From: Candidatus Sumerlaeaceae bacterium | GTDB taxonomy: Bacteria; Sumerlaeota; Sumerlaeia; Sumerlaeales; Sumerlaeaceae | NCBI GenBank assembly: GCA_051003195.1 | Contig: JBPCLP010000005.1 | Coordinates: 1-64,000 of the forward strand | DNA: 64,000 nt | Reading direction: 5' to 3' | In this document: piece after piece, positions 9,126 to 19,354 of the stretch | Position numbering within the stretch: the first letter of the stretch is position 1 | How the letters are laid out: the number at the start of each line of letters is the position of its first letter | Made by a program: the position numbers and the translations under genes | The notes under the pieces: model-generated | Seen by the model: only the letters and a program-made list of their open reading frames with translations | Databases searched by the model: none | What the model was told of the DNA's origin: nothing

Positions 9126-10940
9126 CTATTCGAGATCGCGAGAGCGAGAGATTAACAACTGAGTTGTTAGATCGCCATGCAGCCCTTTCAGTTCTTCGTA
9201 TGCGACTTCAATATCGGGAATAGATGCGGCGCTCACCGCGACATCGAATCGGAATGAGGCCTCGCGCAAAGACTTTAGCAACTGGCTATCCACCTCGCTT
9301 GCGGGATCCGCCATTTGTTGATTCGCCAGGCTTAGCATAGATTCAGCCTGCGATTTCAGGAAAGCGATGCGGACAAAAGTGCGATCTTCATCGACACGCG
9401 ACTCAGCATCTTTAATTGCCTGCTCGGCGTGCTCGGCAGCCAGGGAGGAATAGCTCTCGACCGAAATTGCACTTGATGAGCCGGAAGTTACGTCGGTTGC
9501 CTGCACGTGCAGAATGCCGTTAGCATCAATTTGAAAGCAAACATCGATGGCAGGTATTTCTTTTGGTGCCGCGGTAATTCCCAGAAGTCGAAAATGCGCA
9601 AGACTGTGGTTCTCAAGGGCTATTTTGCGTTCACCCTGTAGAACATGGATTTTCACCGAGGTCTGATTGTCGCGCACGGTGGTAAATGTTTTTGTGTACG
9701 AAGTTGGAATCGAGCTGTTCCGCGGAATGAGAACTCCAAACAGGCCCCCGGCCAGTTCAATTCCAAGAGAGAGCGGTGTTACATCGAGCAGGAGTACCTC
9801 TCGTAATCCACCACTGATAATTGCTCCCTGGATTGCGGCGCCCACTGCGACAGCCTCATCGGGATTCAGGGACCGGCTGGGCTCTTTGCCAAAGTACTGA
9901 CGTACAGCGTCCTGCACCAGGGGAATGCGTGTCGATCCCCCTACGAGCAGCACGGCGGCTGGATCAGCAGCCTTAAGATTGGCATCACGCAGAGCCTCTT
10001 TGCAGCATTCAATCAGCGTCGGCATGAACGTACCGATTACGCTTTCGAATTCCGTGCGCGACACGTTCCTCTGTAAGTGCAGGGGGCCTACCGGTCCAGA
10101 GCTTATAAAAGGCAGACTTAGCACGGTCTCAGTCGTGCTTGAAAGCTCGCACTTAACCGCCTCGACCGCTTCGCGCAAACGTTGAAGCGCCTGCAGGTCC
10201 GTAGATAGATCCACTCCAGTTTCCGCGTGGAATTCGCTTACGACCTGTTGCAGTAGCGCAGCGTCGAAGTTATCGCCGCCCAGTTTTGTGTCACCACGTG
10301 TGCTCTTAACCTCAAACACGTCGTTATCAATTTCGAGAACAGAAACGTCAAACGTCCCACCACCGAGGTCGAACACCGTGATCTTCTGCTGCATTTGTTT
10401 TTCGATACCGTAGGCAAGGGCAGCGGCCGTCGGCTCGTTAATCATGCGCACCACATCGAGGCCCGCCAGCTCCCCCGCGCGTTTCGTTGCTGAACGTTGG
10501 TTGTCGTTAAAATAAGCGGGTACAGTAACCACAGCTTTAGTAACCTGCTCACCAAAGAACTCTTCCGCAGTGCGGCGCATCTTCCTGAGAATTTCAGCGG
10601 AAACCTGCTCGGGCGATATACGTGTCCAGCCAACGTCGATCAGGACGGAATCGTCAGGCCCTTCGACGATTTCATAATTAATACCCTCCATCAACTGGCG
10701 TGCCTCGGAATAGCGGGCTCCCATGAATCGCTTCACCGAGCGGATAGCTTGCTTTGGATAGGTGACAAATTGCCGCTTTGCCAGCTCACCAACTACGATC
10801 TCTTCGGGGCTTTTATACAGTACGATCGACGGTGTCGTACGCGATCCTTCCGCGTTTTGCATAATGACAGGCTGGCCTTGTTCGAGGTAGGCCACCACGG
10901 AATTGGTGGTTCCCAGGTCAATTCCTAAAACACGCTCCAT
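9126..10940 (-). CDS. dnaK: Hsp70/DnaK-family chaperone (probably a specialised paralog)
   Basis: GIDLGTTNS, TVPAYFND, NEPTAAALAYG, DLGGGTFDVS, VGGSTRIP, linker VLLLDVTPLSLGIE, DNQ...QGER. The lid is divergent and the usual acidic tail is absent. Confidence 0.9.
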   Translation of the reverse strand: MERVLGIDLGTTNSVVAYLEQGQPVIMQNAEGSRTTPSIVLYKSPEEIVVGELAKRQFVTYPKQAIRSVKRFMGARYSEARQLMEGINYEIVEGPDDSVLIDVGWTRISPEQVSAEILRKMRRTAEEFFGEQVTKAVVTVPAYFNDNQRSATKRAGELAGLDVVRMINEPTAAALAYGIEKQMQQKITVFDLGGGTFDVSVLEIDNDVFEVKSTRGDTKLGGDNFDAALLQQVVSEFHAETGVDLSTDLQALQRLREAVEAVKCELSSTTETVLSLPFISSGPVGPLHLQRNVSRTEFESVIGTFMPTLIECCKEALRDANLKAADPAAVLLVGGSTRIPLVQDAVRQYFGKEPSRSLNPDEAVAVGAAIQGAIISGGLREVLLLDVTPLSLGIELAGGLFGVLIPRNSSIPTSYTKTFTTVRDNQTSVKIHVLQGERKIALENHSLAHFRLLGITAAPKEIPAIDVCFQIDANGILHVQATDVTSGSSSAISVESYSSLAAEHAEQAIKDAESRVDEDRTFVRIAFLKSQAESMLSLANQQMADPASEVDSQLLKSLREASFRFDVAVSAASIPDIEVAYEELKGLHGDLTTQLLISRSRDLE

Positions 10941-10947
10941 CGGCCGA

Positions 10948-11676
10948 TTACTTCTTCTTGCCCAGCAGTCGGCCGAGTAAAGACAGCTTCTTCGGAGCCA
11001 GAACGGACAGTGCCATAATGGCCTTTTCGTTTACGGGATCCCACTTCAGAATCTCTTCGTAAGTTTTTACAGCCATGGAAGTTGAGCCGGCGTTCTCATA
11101 CAGTTCGGCAAGGATCAGTCGATAGTCACTATTGTATGGATCGAGTTCAATTGCCCGCTGTGCCGCTTCGGTCGCACGGCTGAAGCTTCTCTGGCTTCGC
11201 AGCAGTGTCTGGGCGAGCTTTGCGTGGTACAGCGCTTCTTCATCATTGTTTTTGATGGCGACCTCGAAAAACTCAGAGGCGCGCATAAAATCCCCGGACG
11301 TGACAAGCTGGGCTCCTTTGATGTAAGCGCGCTTCGCTACGTTCGCACGGTTTTTTTCATTAGCAGCGGAACCCGCAGCAGCAGAACCTGCCGCAGCCGT
11401 CGATGGTCCGGCTTTCGGCAGCGGCCCGGATTTACTCCCGTCCTGCTGTCGCTTTGCCTCCAGCGACTGATCGTATGCATTGCGTTTTTCACGGTCTTTG
11501 AGGACATTATATGCAGTCGAGATTTCCGAGAACTCTTTCTCCATGGAAGTCGCTTCCGCAGGGCTCGCCGCCTTATCGGGATGATATTTACGCGCAAGCC
11601 GATGGTAAGCAGCCTTGATCTCCAGCTCACCAGCATTTCTGGGAACACCCAGTACTTCGTAATAAGTTTTGCTCAC
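10948..11676 (-). CDS. J-domain protein with C-terminal TPR repeats (class C co-chaperone)
   Basis: YYEVLGV...[16 protein letters not shown]...AYNVLKD J-domain with intact HPD; no zinc finger; TPRs follow. Confidence 0.9.
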   Translation of the reverse strand: MSKTYYEVLGVPRNAGELEIKAAYHRLARKYHPDKAASPAEATSMEKEFSEISTAYNVLKDREKRNAYDQSLEAKRQQDGSKSGPLPKAGPSTAAAGSAAAGSAANEKNRANVAKRAYIKGAQLVTSGDFMRASEFFEVAIKNNDEEALYHAKLAQTLLRSQRSFSRATEAAQRAIELDPYNSDYRLILAELYENAGSTSMAVKTYEEILKWDPVNEKAIMALSVLAPKKLSLLGRLLGKKK

Positions 11677-12275
11677 GCGTTCTGTTCGCTAACCTCCAAG
11701 GCTGCGCTGTCTGACAAGAGAGTACACCGCTGTTGCGCGTTACGAGCTTCAACAGTGTTCGGGTAAGTTACAATGATCTGCTGCAAGAAATGAACGGCTT
11801 CCTGATTCCTTCCCTCTTTCGTTCTCACATCCGCAAGTCGATTATATACAGCGCAGACCTGCTCGCGAGTCAATAAACCAGCTTGAATTGCTCGCAGACG
11901 TTCCTCGACAAATCTTTCAATTTGGCCACGTTGCAAGTAAATCTCTGAGATTTGGCGAGATAGCTGGGCGTCGTTTGGTCTGGCCTTGATCGATTTCCTT
12001 AAATCCTGCTCAGAAAGACCTTGGAGCTGCAAGACCTCCGCTGGATCCATCCCGGCCTTTTTCACTGGTTTTGCCTTTGGATTCCAGCTTGCGAACCCAA
12101 ACATGCGGTCCACAAGCGTTCGCGCAATGAAATGCGTTGTTAGAAAGCCCAGGAAACTAGCCACCAGCGCCACTGCGATGCTGATCGCTAGAGCATAGCC
12201 GGAGTTAAACTGCAGATACCCGGAACTATACAGTATCGATAGAATTACACCGACAACCAGCAACTCGATAAACAT
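11673..12275 (-). CDS. Membrane protein with C-terminal TPR
   Basis: Two N-terminal TM helices, TPR-like end ([26 protein letters not shown]); 4-bp overlap with the J-domain gene. Confidence 0.7.
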   Translation of the reverse strand: MFIELLVVGVILSILYSSGYLQFNSGYALAISIAVALVASFLGFLTTHFIARTLVDRMFGFASWNPKAKPVKKAGMDPAEVLQLQGLSEQDLRKSIKARPNDAQLSRQISEIYLQRGQIERFVEERLRAIQAGLLTREQVCAVYNRLADVRTKEGRNQEAVHFLQQIIVTYPNTVEARNAQQRCTLLSDSAALEVSEQNA

Positions 12276-12347
12276 ATCGGAGGACTAGTACACTCGATGC
12301 GGGTGACTTCAACTGCTTTGGTGGCTCAATCACCCCAAACAATGCGA

Positions 12348-12433
12348 TGGTGCCGAAGGTGGGAGTCGAACCCACACGAGTGTGACCTCGGAGGATTTTG
12401 AGTCCTCTGCGTCTGCCATTCCGCCACTCCGGC
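12348..12433 (-). tRNA. tRNA-Leu (anticodon CAA)
   Basis: Reverse complement: GCCGGAG/CTTCGGC acceptor stem, anticodon arm GAGGA-CTCAAAA-TCCTC, long variable arm, GGTTCGACTCC T-arm, encoded CCA. Confidence 0.96.
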
Positions 12434-12488
12434 GCAGCCTGCAAAGCTGCTTGAACTACCCTCCCCGTCATCCCTTTATTTGCCAGAT

Positions 12489-13280
12489 ATGCATGCGCCA
12501 AAATGTTTAACCATAGCCGGAAGCGATCCGAGCGGCGGAGCCGGAATCCAGGGTGACCTGAAAACCTTTTGTGCGCTTGGTGCCTACGGCATGGCGGCGA
12601 TTACAGCGCTCACAGTGCAAAACAGCCAGGGTGTGACGGCAGTTCGCCCGGTCGACGCCGAAACGCTTTATGAGCAATTGCAGGCAGCGTTGGAAGACGG
12701 GTGCGACGCGATCAAAATCGGAATGCTTGGAACCTGTGCAAATGTGCGTGCCGTAGCGCGTGCATTGCGGCAACTGCAAGGTGTGCCAATTGTTCTGGAT
12801 CCGGTTTTGGTTTCAAGCAGCGGCAAAAGACTACTCGAACCTGATGGTCTTCAGGCAATGGTAGCGGAACTGCTTCCGATGGCTTCTGTGTGTACGCCGA
12901 ACCGCTTTGAGGCGCAGGAGTTGTTGGGCGAGACTTTGCGCAATGAGAAGTCGCTGGAATCAGCCGCTGAGGACCTTCGAAAAACCGGGTGTAAGAATGT
13001 GCTCATCACGGGCGGTGACAGCGATCCCCGTTCGGAAGTGGTGGTAGACGCCTGGCATGATGGACGTGAGTTCCAGTTGCTGCGGCACCCGCGTGTGCCG
13101 ACGGAACACACGCGGGGAACGGGGTGTGCCCTGGCTGCAGCCATTTGTGTCGAACTGGCACGCGGCGCGCAGCCGCTGACTGCGGTGTTGAACGCGAGGG
13201 AATTCGTGCGAACCCGTTTGCTCGCTGCGTATAAAATAGGACAGGGCCGCGGCCCCGTCAATCACCTGCTGTTGGATTAA
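12489..13280 (+). CDS. thiD: Hydroxymethylpyrimidine/phosphomethylpyrimidine kinase
   Basis: LTIAGSDPSGGAGIQGDLKTF, ITALTVQN, IKIGML, VLDPV, TPNRFEA, GTGC. Confidence 0.95.
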   Translation: MHAPKCLTIAGSDPSGGAGIQGDLKTFCALGAYGMAAITALTVQNSQGVTAVRPVDAETLYEQLQAALEDGCDAIKIGMLGTCANVRAVARALRQLQGVPIVLDPVLVSSSGKRLLEPDGLQAMVAELLPMASVCTPNRFEAQELLGETLRNEKSLESAAEDLRKTGCKNVLITGGDSDPRSEVVVDAWHDGREFQLLRHPRVPTEHTRGTGCALAAAICVELARGAQPLTAVLNAREFVRTRLLAAYKIGQGRGPVNHLLLD

Positions 13281-14632
13281 AAGTGATCTGCGGTTTGGAT
13301 CGCGTTGTAAAGCGCACGGGCTTTCGTCAGACATTCCCAGTACTCTTCAGCAGAATTCGAATCTGCAACCACTGCACCGCCGGCACCGAACTCATAAACG
13401 TAGCTGCCATTGAAATGTGTAGCGGTTATGGTCCGGATGGCGACGTTCAGATCGATGCGATCCCGTCCAACAAACCCAAGCGCGCCAGTGTAGATTCCAC
13501 GCGGACTTCTTTCTATGTCACGGATCGCACGGATCGCGGCAATCTTCGGCGCTCCTGTGATAGACGCCGCTGGGAATGTCGCGCGGAGAATCTCGGAGAT
13601 TGGAAGCTTACGGTCACGTAGTTCGCCTTCTACCGTTGAGACCAGGTGATGCAGGTCCCGATGCGACTCGATAAGGAAGCCGCTGGTAACACTTATACTT
13701 CCCGGCTTACAGATCCGGCCGAGATCGTTGCGCGACATATCCACGACCATCGTGTGTTCGGCGTGATCTTTTACGCTACGCGCGAGAGCGCTATGGGAAC
13801 GGGCATCCGCTTCCGGTTCGGCCGACCGCTTGCTGCTGCCTTTGATCGGGCACGTCTCAATTTTGCCCTGGTGAATACGCAGGAACTGCTCCGGCGAGTT
13901 GGAGATCACCGAATACTTCCCGAGATCCAGATTGCGGGCATGTCGAGCGGCACCATCCGCAAACAGTGACAGAGCGACCGCATCTGGATGTGCGTGTGAA
14001 CTGATCTGAAAATGCTGCGTAAGGTTAACCTCGTAGAAATCACCTGCCAATATCTGCGACTTCAAAGCCGAGACAGTTGCTTCATAATCACCACGAGACA
14101 TTTCACCGCAGACCTGCAGATCGCCGTCTACACTTGCCTCACGCCGCCGTACAGTCTGCGGCGGTTGGACGCATAAATTCTGTATCTGCTTCGAGAAGTT
14201 CGCAATTCGCTCCTCCGTAGCGTCAGGCGAGAACTGCAGGCAGGCTGTGTGGCTCAGGCAGTCCAGCACGTACACTGCATCAAGCCGCACTAGTTGCGCC
14301 ACAGGTACTCGCATGCGGTTGTCCGCGGCTATTGCATCATCGCACAGCGCACCGGCTTCGTAGTGAAGTGCCACAGCATAGCCACACCATTCCGGTTCGT
14401 CGGCGGGCAACGCGTCAAGCTGCTGATCCAGCCAGATCAGCGACTCCCCTGTTGGAATAGACAGCACGTGTGGCGTATCAAACGAGAGAACCTCATAGCG
14501 AGGTTCGGTTTCAAGCGTCGCTCCCAGTCGCATCCAGATGATACCGGGTAGTTGCGCTTCCAGCGCGCGCATATGAATAGTGTCACAATAAGGAGCCGAA
14601 TGGACAAGTTGCCTTGGCGCCGATGGGCTCAT
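13277..14632 (-). CDS. pabB: Aminodeoxychorismate synthase component I / anthranilate synthase component I family
   Basis: GDFYEVNLT, SPEQFL, PIKGS, KDHAEHTMVVDMSRNDLGR, SITGAPK, RGIYTGALG, IRT, GAGGAVV. Start codon uncertain. Confidence 0.85.
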   Translation of the reverse strand: MSPSAPRQLVHSAPYCDTIHMRALEAQLPGIIWMRLGATLETEPRYEVLSFDTPHVLSIPTGESLIWLDQQLDALPADEPEWCGYAVALHYEAGALCDDAIAADNRMRVPVAQLVRLDAVYVLDCLSHTACLQFSPDATEERIANFSKQIQNLCVQPPQTVRRREASVDGDLQVCGEMSRGDYEATVSALKSQILAGDFYEVNLTQHFQISSHAHPDAVALSLFADGAARHARNLDLGKYSVISNSPEQFLRIHQGKIETCPIKGSSKRSAEPEADARSHSALARSVKDHAEHTMVVDMSRNDLGRICKPGSISVTSGFLIESHRDLHHLVSTVEGELRDRKLPISEILRATFPAASITGAPKIAAIRAIRDIERSPRGIYTGALGFVGRDRIDLNVAIRTITATHFNGSYVYEFGAGGAVVADSNSAEEYWECLTKARALYNAIQTADHF

Positions 14633-14648
14633 TTCAGGCCAGGCGCTT

Positions 14649-15119
14649 TCACGAACGTCGGGACGATTTAATTACCCGGTCCAGCTCGCGGCGTGTTTCG
14701 CGCGTCTTAATGTCCTCTCGTTTGTCGTAAAACTTTTTACCTTTCGCCAGTCCGAGTTTCAACTTTACGGTGCTGCCCTTGAAGTACAATTCCAACGCCG
14801 CAAGCGTGTAGCCCTTCTGGTTGACCTGGCCAAGCAGCCGATCTATTTCGCGCCGGTGCAGTAACAGTTTACGTGTACGGCGCTCCGGCTTGTTTTCGCG
14901 GTTTCCCTTATCGTATGGGTTAATATAGAGATTATAGACGAATGCCTCACCTTTGTCAAAGGCAGCATAGGCATCGGCCAGGCTGGCTTTCCCGGCGCGC
15001 AAAGATTTTACCTCGGTCCCGCTTAACACCACGCCCGCTTCCACCACATCGTCAATGTGGTAGTCGTGGCGCGCGCGCCGGTTTGTCGCGATAACTTTAA
15101 TGCTCTCCTTGTCAGCCAT
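14649..15119 (-). CDS. smpB: SsrA-binding protein
   Basis: NRRARHDY, EAGVVLSGTEVKSLR, RKLLLHRREI, GKKFYDKRE. Confidence 0.97.
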   Translation of the reverse strand: MADKESIKVIATNRRARHDYHIDDVVEAGVVLSGTEVKSLRAGKASLADAYAAFDKGEAFVYNLYINPYDKGNRENKPERRTRKLLLHRREIDRLLGQVNQKGYTLAALELYFKGSTVKLKLGLAKGKKFYDKREDIKTRETRRELDRVIKSSRRS

Positions 15120-15152
15120 AGGGAGCACATACCATCTTAACTGCTCAAACCA

Positions 15153-16550
15153 TCACGCCTGTCTTTGCAGGTGAAATGCAGGCGAGTTGCGGCCGAGCTT
15201 CTTTCGGATTCGCCCATTCAGCCGGTCCAGACCAAAAACGTGTACGATCCGATTCCGTTCATCGGCGACGCAGATGAGGTAATCGCGCACGTAAACCGGA
15301 ATCTTGTCGTCAATCAGGACATTCTTCAGTTTGCCACCCGCCGCCAGACGATCGCCCTGCAATCGATTACGAACCGTAAATCCGGGCGCAGCACTCGTAC
15401 TGACAATAACTGTGCGGCCATTCAACATTGTAACGCTCCCAGTGGCTCTTTCGAGATGCAGGTGTTCTTTCATTTCGGAAAGCGCACTGTCGAATAAGGT
15501 ACAATGCGCCCGTGCCAGCTTCGCGCTCGGTTCCTGTTCGGGATCGATTGGCTCAAAACTATTGGCATTATAAAGCCACAGAGCTCGCAAAGTGCACACA
15601 ACAGCGCTGCCGCCCGGCAACATCACCGGGCGCACATGGCCGTCTTCAAGCATATGAATCAGCAGCTTAAGGTGCTCAAACGAGACAAACGCATCTGGCA
15701 ACGCCTGAGTAATCCACATACGCAGAATCCTCTGCTGCAATGCAGCCGGACGACGTCGAAGCCACCGAACCGGGAGCACGTCTGCGCGTCTCACCATCTT
15801 CGCGCAGCGATCCAGTTCGTGTCCGGCTTGTAATGTCAGGTATTCGTCGGTAGTAGAAAGGACAGCAGCGCATCTTACAAGAGCATCCCGAACTGACGGA
15901 TTGAATTCCGCTTCGAGTAACGGGAGCAGCACATGGCGTATCCGATTTCGCGTTGCTGCGGTACTATCGTTTGTCTCGTCCGTACAGTACTCAATACTAT
16001 GCGCATCCAGGTACTGCAAAATATCACGCCGGGGAATCTGCGACAGTGGCCGCAAAAGAGTAAGCTTCCCGGTTATCTGAATATCGGGAAAATGAAAGCC
16101 GTGCAGCCCGGCGCCACGCAGTAAATTCATCAGAAGCGTTTCGACCAGGTCGTCCTGGTTGTGCGCCAGCGCCAGTTGACCTGTGCCTGAACTTTCCGCT
16201 GTACACCGAAAGGCTTCATACCGCACACGCCGCAGTTCTGCCTCGCTCGTGCCCGCCGGATGCACAACGTAGCTTTGTACCGGCAGTCCCCATTCCGTGG
16301 CCATTCTCTCGACGAAGCTTTGATCATGTGCAGCAGAAGGCCGTGTGCCGTGATTCACATGAACGACAACCGGATCGATGGAAAGTTTTTCTGCCAGTTG
16401 CGCCACGATATGCAGAAGGCACATCGAATCTGCGCCACCGCTGACGGCGACCAGTAGTTTCCTGCATGCGGCTGAGCGCATGGCCCGTTCTAATACATTT
16501 CCAACCTTTGTTACGAGTCCAGCGACTGCCGGATGAACCTTCTCGGCCAT
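15153..16550 (-). CDS. tilS: tRNA(Ile)-lysidine synthetase
   Basis: VAVSGGADS PP-loop, HVNHG, RRVRY, AHNQDDLVET, RPL, DETN, RNRIRH. Confidence 0.93.
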   Translation of the reverse strand: MAEKVHPAVAGLVTKVGNVLERAMRSAACRKLLVAVSGGADSMCLLHIVAQLAEKLSIDPVVVHVNHGTRPSAAHDQSFVERMATEWGLPVQSYVVHPAGTSEAELRRVRYEAFRCTAESSGTGQLALAHNQDDLVETLLMNLLRGAGLHGFHFPDIQITGKLTLLRPLSQIPRRDILQYLDAHSIEYCTDETNDSTAATRNRIRHVLLPLLEAEFNPSVRDALVRCAAVLSTTDEYLTLQAGHELDRCAKMVRRADVLPVRWLRRRPAALQQRILRMWITQALPDAFVSFEHLKLLIHMLEDGHVRPVMLPGGSAVVCTLRALWLYNANSFEPIDPEQEPSAKLARAHCTLFDSALSEMKEHLHLERATGSVTMLNGRTVIVSTSAAPGFTVRNRLQGDRLAAGGKLKNVLIDDKIPVYVRDYLICVADERNRIVHVFGLDRLNGRIRKKLGRNSPAFHLQRQA

Positions 16551-16565
16551 CGTACGACTGCGCTT

Positions 16566-19349
16566 CTAAAGAAGCTGCGCTCTTAACATTCGCGGAATGG
16601 AATAGATTCCGTCACTGTCCGTGGAGGGATTGTGCGCGTACAGTTTGTCTCCTTCAATACCGCGTGGCGAAAGCACGACCCGGGTCTCCTGCTCGTTTTG
16701 TTTTACGTAGAGCAGTTCAACCTCCAGATCGTATTCCAGCGCGAAGGTGATTAATTCCGTGATATCAGCACGCTCGACTGCAGGGTTGGCTCCCTTGTAG
16801 TGATACTTGGACGGACCGCGGCTACTGACAGACTTGCTGACTAGTTTCGAAACCTGGTTTTTATACCTGTGCTCGATGTCTTCCAGCGTTTTTTGAAAAG
16901 CTGCCTCAAAACGTTTCTGGAAAGCACGCGAGCGCGCTTCAATTCCCTGGCTTGCGCCGAAAAAGCCAGTCGATTCCGGGCTTAGTCGCTGAGCCAATAC
17001 CGCCGCACTTCCTTCCGAAATATCACTGTTCACAGCTTGCTCCACAACGCGAACAAATCGCGCGGACGCAATGAGATCGTACAGCTCCTGGCCAGTGAGC
17101 GATAGATGATAGCGGCCGTCGCTGCTGGAATGAACCGTTCCAGTCTCCATGTGAGGCATCAGCCCCTGGTTGCGCAGCTCTTTTGCGACCTTGGTGAGAT
17201 CGCTTTGCTCAGCGAGGACCATCACGTTATCACCCAGGACGTCTTTGATATAGCCAGCAAATTTCGGATTGAGCCGGACGGATTCGAGCACCACCGGATC
17301 CGACGCCATAATGTATCCACCCGCGCTACCAAGCCGGATTTCACCATGTTTTGTGGAGTACTCTTCAATGATATGGCGTACAGTCTGGGGTAATTCTGCC
17401 CGGCTTAGCTCACTCAGGAAACTCAGGATCTCTTCACCGCGAGAACCTCGCTCCAGACAGGTTCGAAGGGAGTCGCGGGTCAGTTCCAGCGTGGTCATTA
17501 CATCCATGTTTTTAATCTCGCAGAACCGTGCGAGATTGAACATCGCGTCGAGCGAAAGATCAGGAGGAGCGACGATTTCCAGGTTCGGTTGAATAATGAG
17601 CCAACGGGCATGATGTGCGAGATACCCCGTTCCGGGCGATGAAGTTACCGGGCTTTCGCCGCCGCCATCCAGGGATGCGTCCACAACACTCCTGCCGAAC
17701 GCAGTCAGCTGGAATGAGAACTCCAGGTTAGAACGGGCCTCTGAGCGACTGCTTCTTGCCCCCTTTTTTGTCTCCGCACGGCGGGTTTGCGATGCTGCAG
17801 GGTTGATGATTTCACCACTACCACCATAAAAGACAATGCCGAGCCACGCGAGCGATTCCCCAATAATTGCAGCTACAGTATCGCGCAGGGCCGGCAGGCC
17901 GAAAGACGCGTTGTTGCCGGAACCTTTGAGAAATCTCGCCTCCAGCCTCGGCGCCACATTTTCCCAGAACGACTCAAAGGTGATCCACCGGTCGCGTGCC
18001 GAGGTCGCAATCTCCCTGAGCACATGCTGGCGAAGTTCCAGAATATCGAGTGGCTCCTGTGACGGGCGCTCTGCAGCGGACGGACTACCATCAGCGTAAA
18101 GCTCGCTCCAGTTCAGCGTACGAAACCACCAGCGCCAAAGCTCATGGAAGAGATGCTCGGTATCATGCAGAACACTAACAAACTGCTCAGAGGCACGCCA
18201 CTCTTCATTTACCTCGACCAGCAGACCGAGTTCGATCAGGAATGAGGCCATCATTGCGCCGTACTTTGCTGTCTTGGTTGCCGGGAAGACCGAAACCGCT
18301 TTCTTCAAATCGGTCTTGCTGATGCCGCCGCCGGTCAGGCGTTTCGCGCGCTGCGTATCAATGCGCGCTGCAAAGATCGCGAGGTCACGCAACAGCGCCT
18401 GTGAGTTGTCCAGCACATGCGTAGGTGTCAGTTCCTTCGTGCCCGACATGGCATCGATCTTCTGAAGCGAACGCGTGTCCGCCTGGAACTTGCGGGAAAT
18501 AATATACTGTAGATCGCGTGGCACGAGCAGGGAGTTCATGTACTTGTTTGCCCCCTCGGCCACGATGTAAACCAATCCGCTGGTGCCAATCAATGAGTTC
18601 AGATGTTCCGCACGCGCGTGGTCGAATTTTTTCGGGCTGGTTGTATCCAGCAGGTCACGGTAAAGGCAAAAACCTTTTCGGTCCAGTATCACGTAAAACA
18701 GATCGCGTTCAAGCTGTGGAATCTGGTCCAGGTAAGCGCGAAGCTGATCCGGGTGCGTCAGTGTGTGCCGTATACGGGCACGCAGAGTATTTGCCGGCAT
18801 TGCACTGCCATGTTCCTCACCCAGCACGCGCTCGGCAATCGTGTTCAGCGCCTCAGTATCCACCTGGCGCAGCAAGCCGCCCAGGAATCCGTGCCAGTGT
18901 GTAGGAAGTTCCAGCAGCTTCAGGTACGCTTCGGGGACAGAAATCCAGCTGCTCTCGTTCAGGATGCCCGCAGGTGCGGTTTCGGTTACGAAAAGAAAGC
19001 CCTTCCCGTGGAGCGACTGAACGGCTTTGCGTGCAGCGCCGGCATTTCCGCGAAAGCTGCGGGCCGCAAGCTCCGACAGGCCCATTTCTCCGCCATGGAT
19101 CGCGAGGAAATAGACAAGGTCCTTTTCAGTCCTGCTCAGGCGGTCGAATGCGGGGCGGAAATACTGTGCTGCCTGCAACCGCGGGTATAGATAATCCGCT
19201 GCGTCCTGGGCAGTGCCTTCGGTTTCCGTCCTTGAAGACGCTTTGAACCCCCAGAAATCGCTGATCGAAGCCAACGTATCGGCGTCCACGTTGCGAAGGG
19301 CTGCTCGAAGTTTCAGTGAGTCTGCGAGTGCGGCTCGGTCTAAAGGCAT
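16566..19349 (-). CDS. XPB helicase-associated protein (Helicase_C_3-like domain plus C-terminal WYL-like domain)
   Basis: LIIQPNLEIVAP...LTRDSL...LPQTV resembles the XPB N-terminal domain; the C-terminus VELLYVK...RVVLSP...YSIPRM is WYL-like; lies 5 nt downstream of the XPB gene. Confidence 0.8.
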   Translation of the reverse strand: MPLDRAALADSLKLRAALRNVDADTLASISDFWGFKASSRTETEGTAQDAADYLYPRLQAAQYFRPAFDRLSRTEKDLVYFLAIHGGEMGLSELAARSFRGNAGAARKAVQSLHGKGFLFVTETAPAGILNESSWISVPEAYLKLLELPTHWHGFLGGLLRQVDTEALNTIAERVLGEEHGSAMPANTLRARIRHTLTHPDQLRAYLDQIPQLERDLFYVILDRKGFCLYRDLLDTTSPKKFDHARAEHLNSLIGTSGLVYIVAEGANKYMNSLLVPRDLQYIISRKFQADTRSLQKIDAMSGTKELTPTHVLDNSQALLRDLAIFAARIDTQRAKRLTGGGISKTDLKKAVSVFPATKTAKYGAMMASFLIELGLLVEVNEEWRASEQFVSVLHDTEHLFHELWRWWFRTLNWSELYADGSPSAAERPSQEPLDILELRQHVLREIATSARDRWITFESFWENVAPRLEARFLKGSGNNASFGLPALRDTVAAIIGESLAWLGIVFYGGSGEIINPAASQTRRAETKKGARSSRSEARSNLEFSFQLTAFGRSVVDASLDGGGESPVTSSPGTGYLAHHARWLIIQPNLEIVAPPDLSLDAMFNLARFCEIKNMDVMTTLELTRDSLRTCLERGSRGEEILSFLSELSRAELPQTVRHIIEEYSTKHGEIRLGSAGGYIMASDPVVLESVRLNPKFAGYIKDVLGDNVMVLAEQSDLTKVAKELRNQGLMPHMETGTVHSSSDGRYHLSLTGQELYDLIASARFVRVVEQAVNSDISEGSAAVLAQRLSPESTGFFGASQGIEARSRAFQKRFEAAFQKTLEDIEHRYKNQVSKLVSKSVSSRGPSKYHYKGANPAVERADITELITFALEYDLEVELLYVKQNEQETRVVLSPRGIEGDKLYAHNPSTDSDGIYSIPRMLRAQLL

Positions 19350-19354
19350 TCAGT

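Noticed and set aside
12276..12347. Integrative element at tRNA-Leu or tRNA-Gln
   Set aside because: No integrase and no duplicated tRNA 3' end found in the window.
12226..12501. 91-aa ORF
   Set aside because: Spans tRNA-Leu; spurious translation of the tRNA.
14400..15200. tmRNA next to smpB
   Set aside because: The flanks are fully coding and show no tRNA-like ends.
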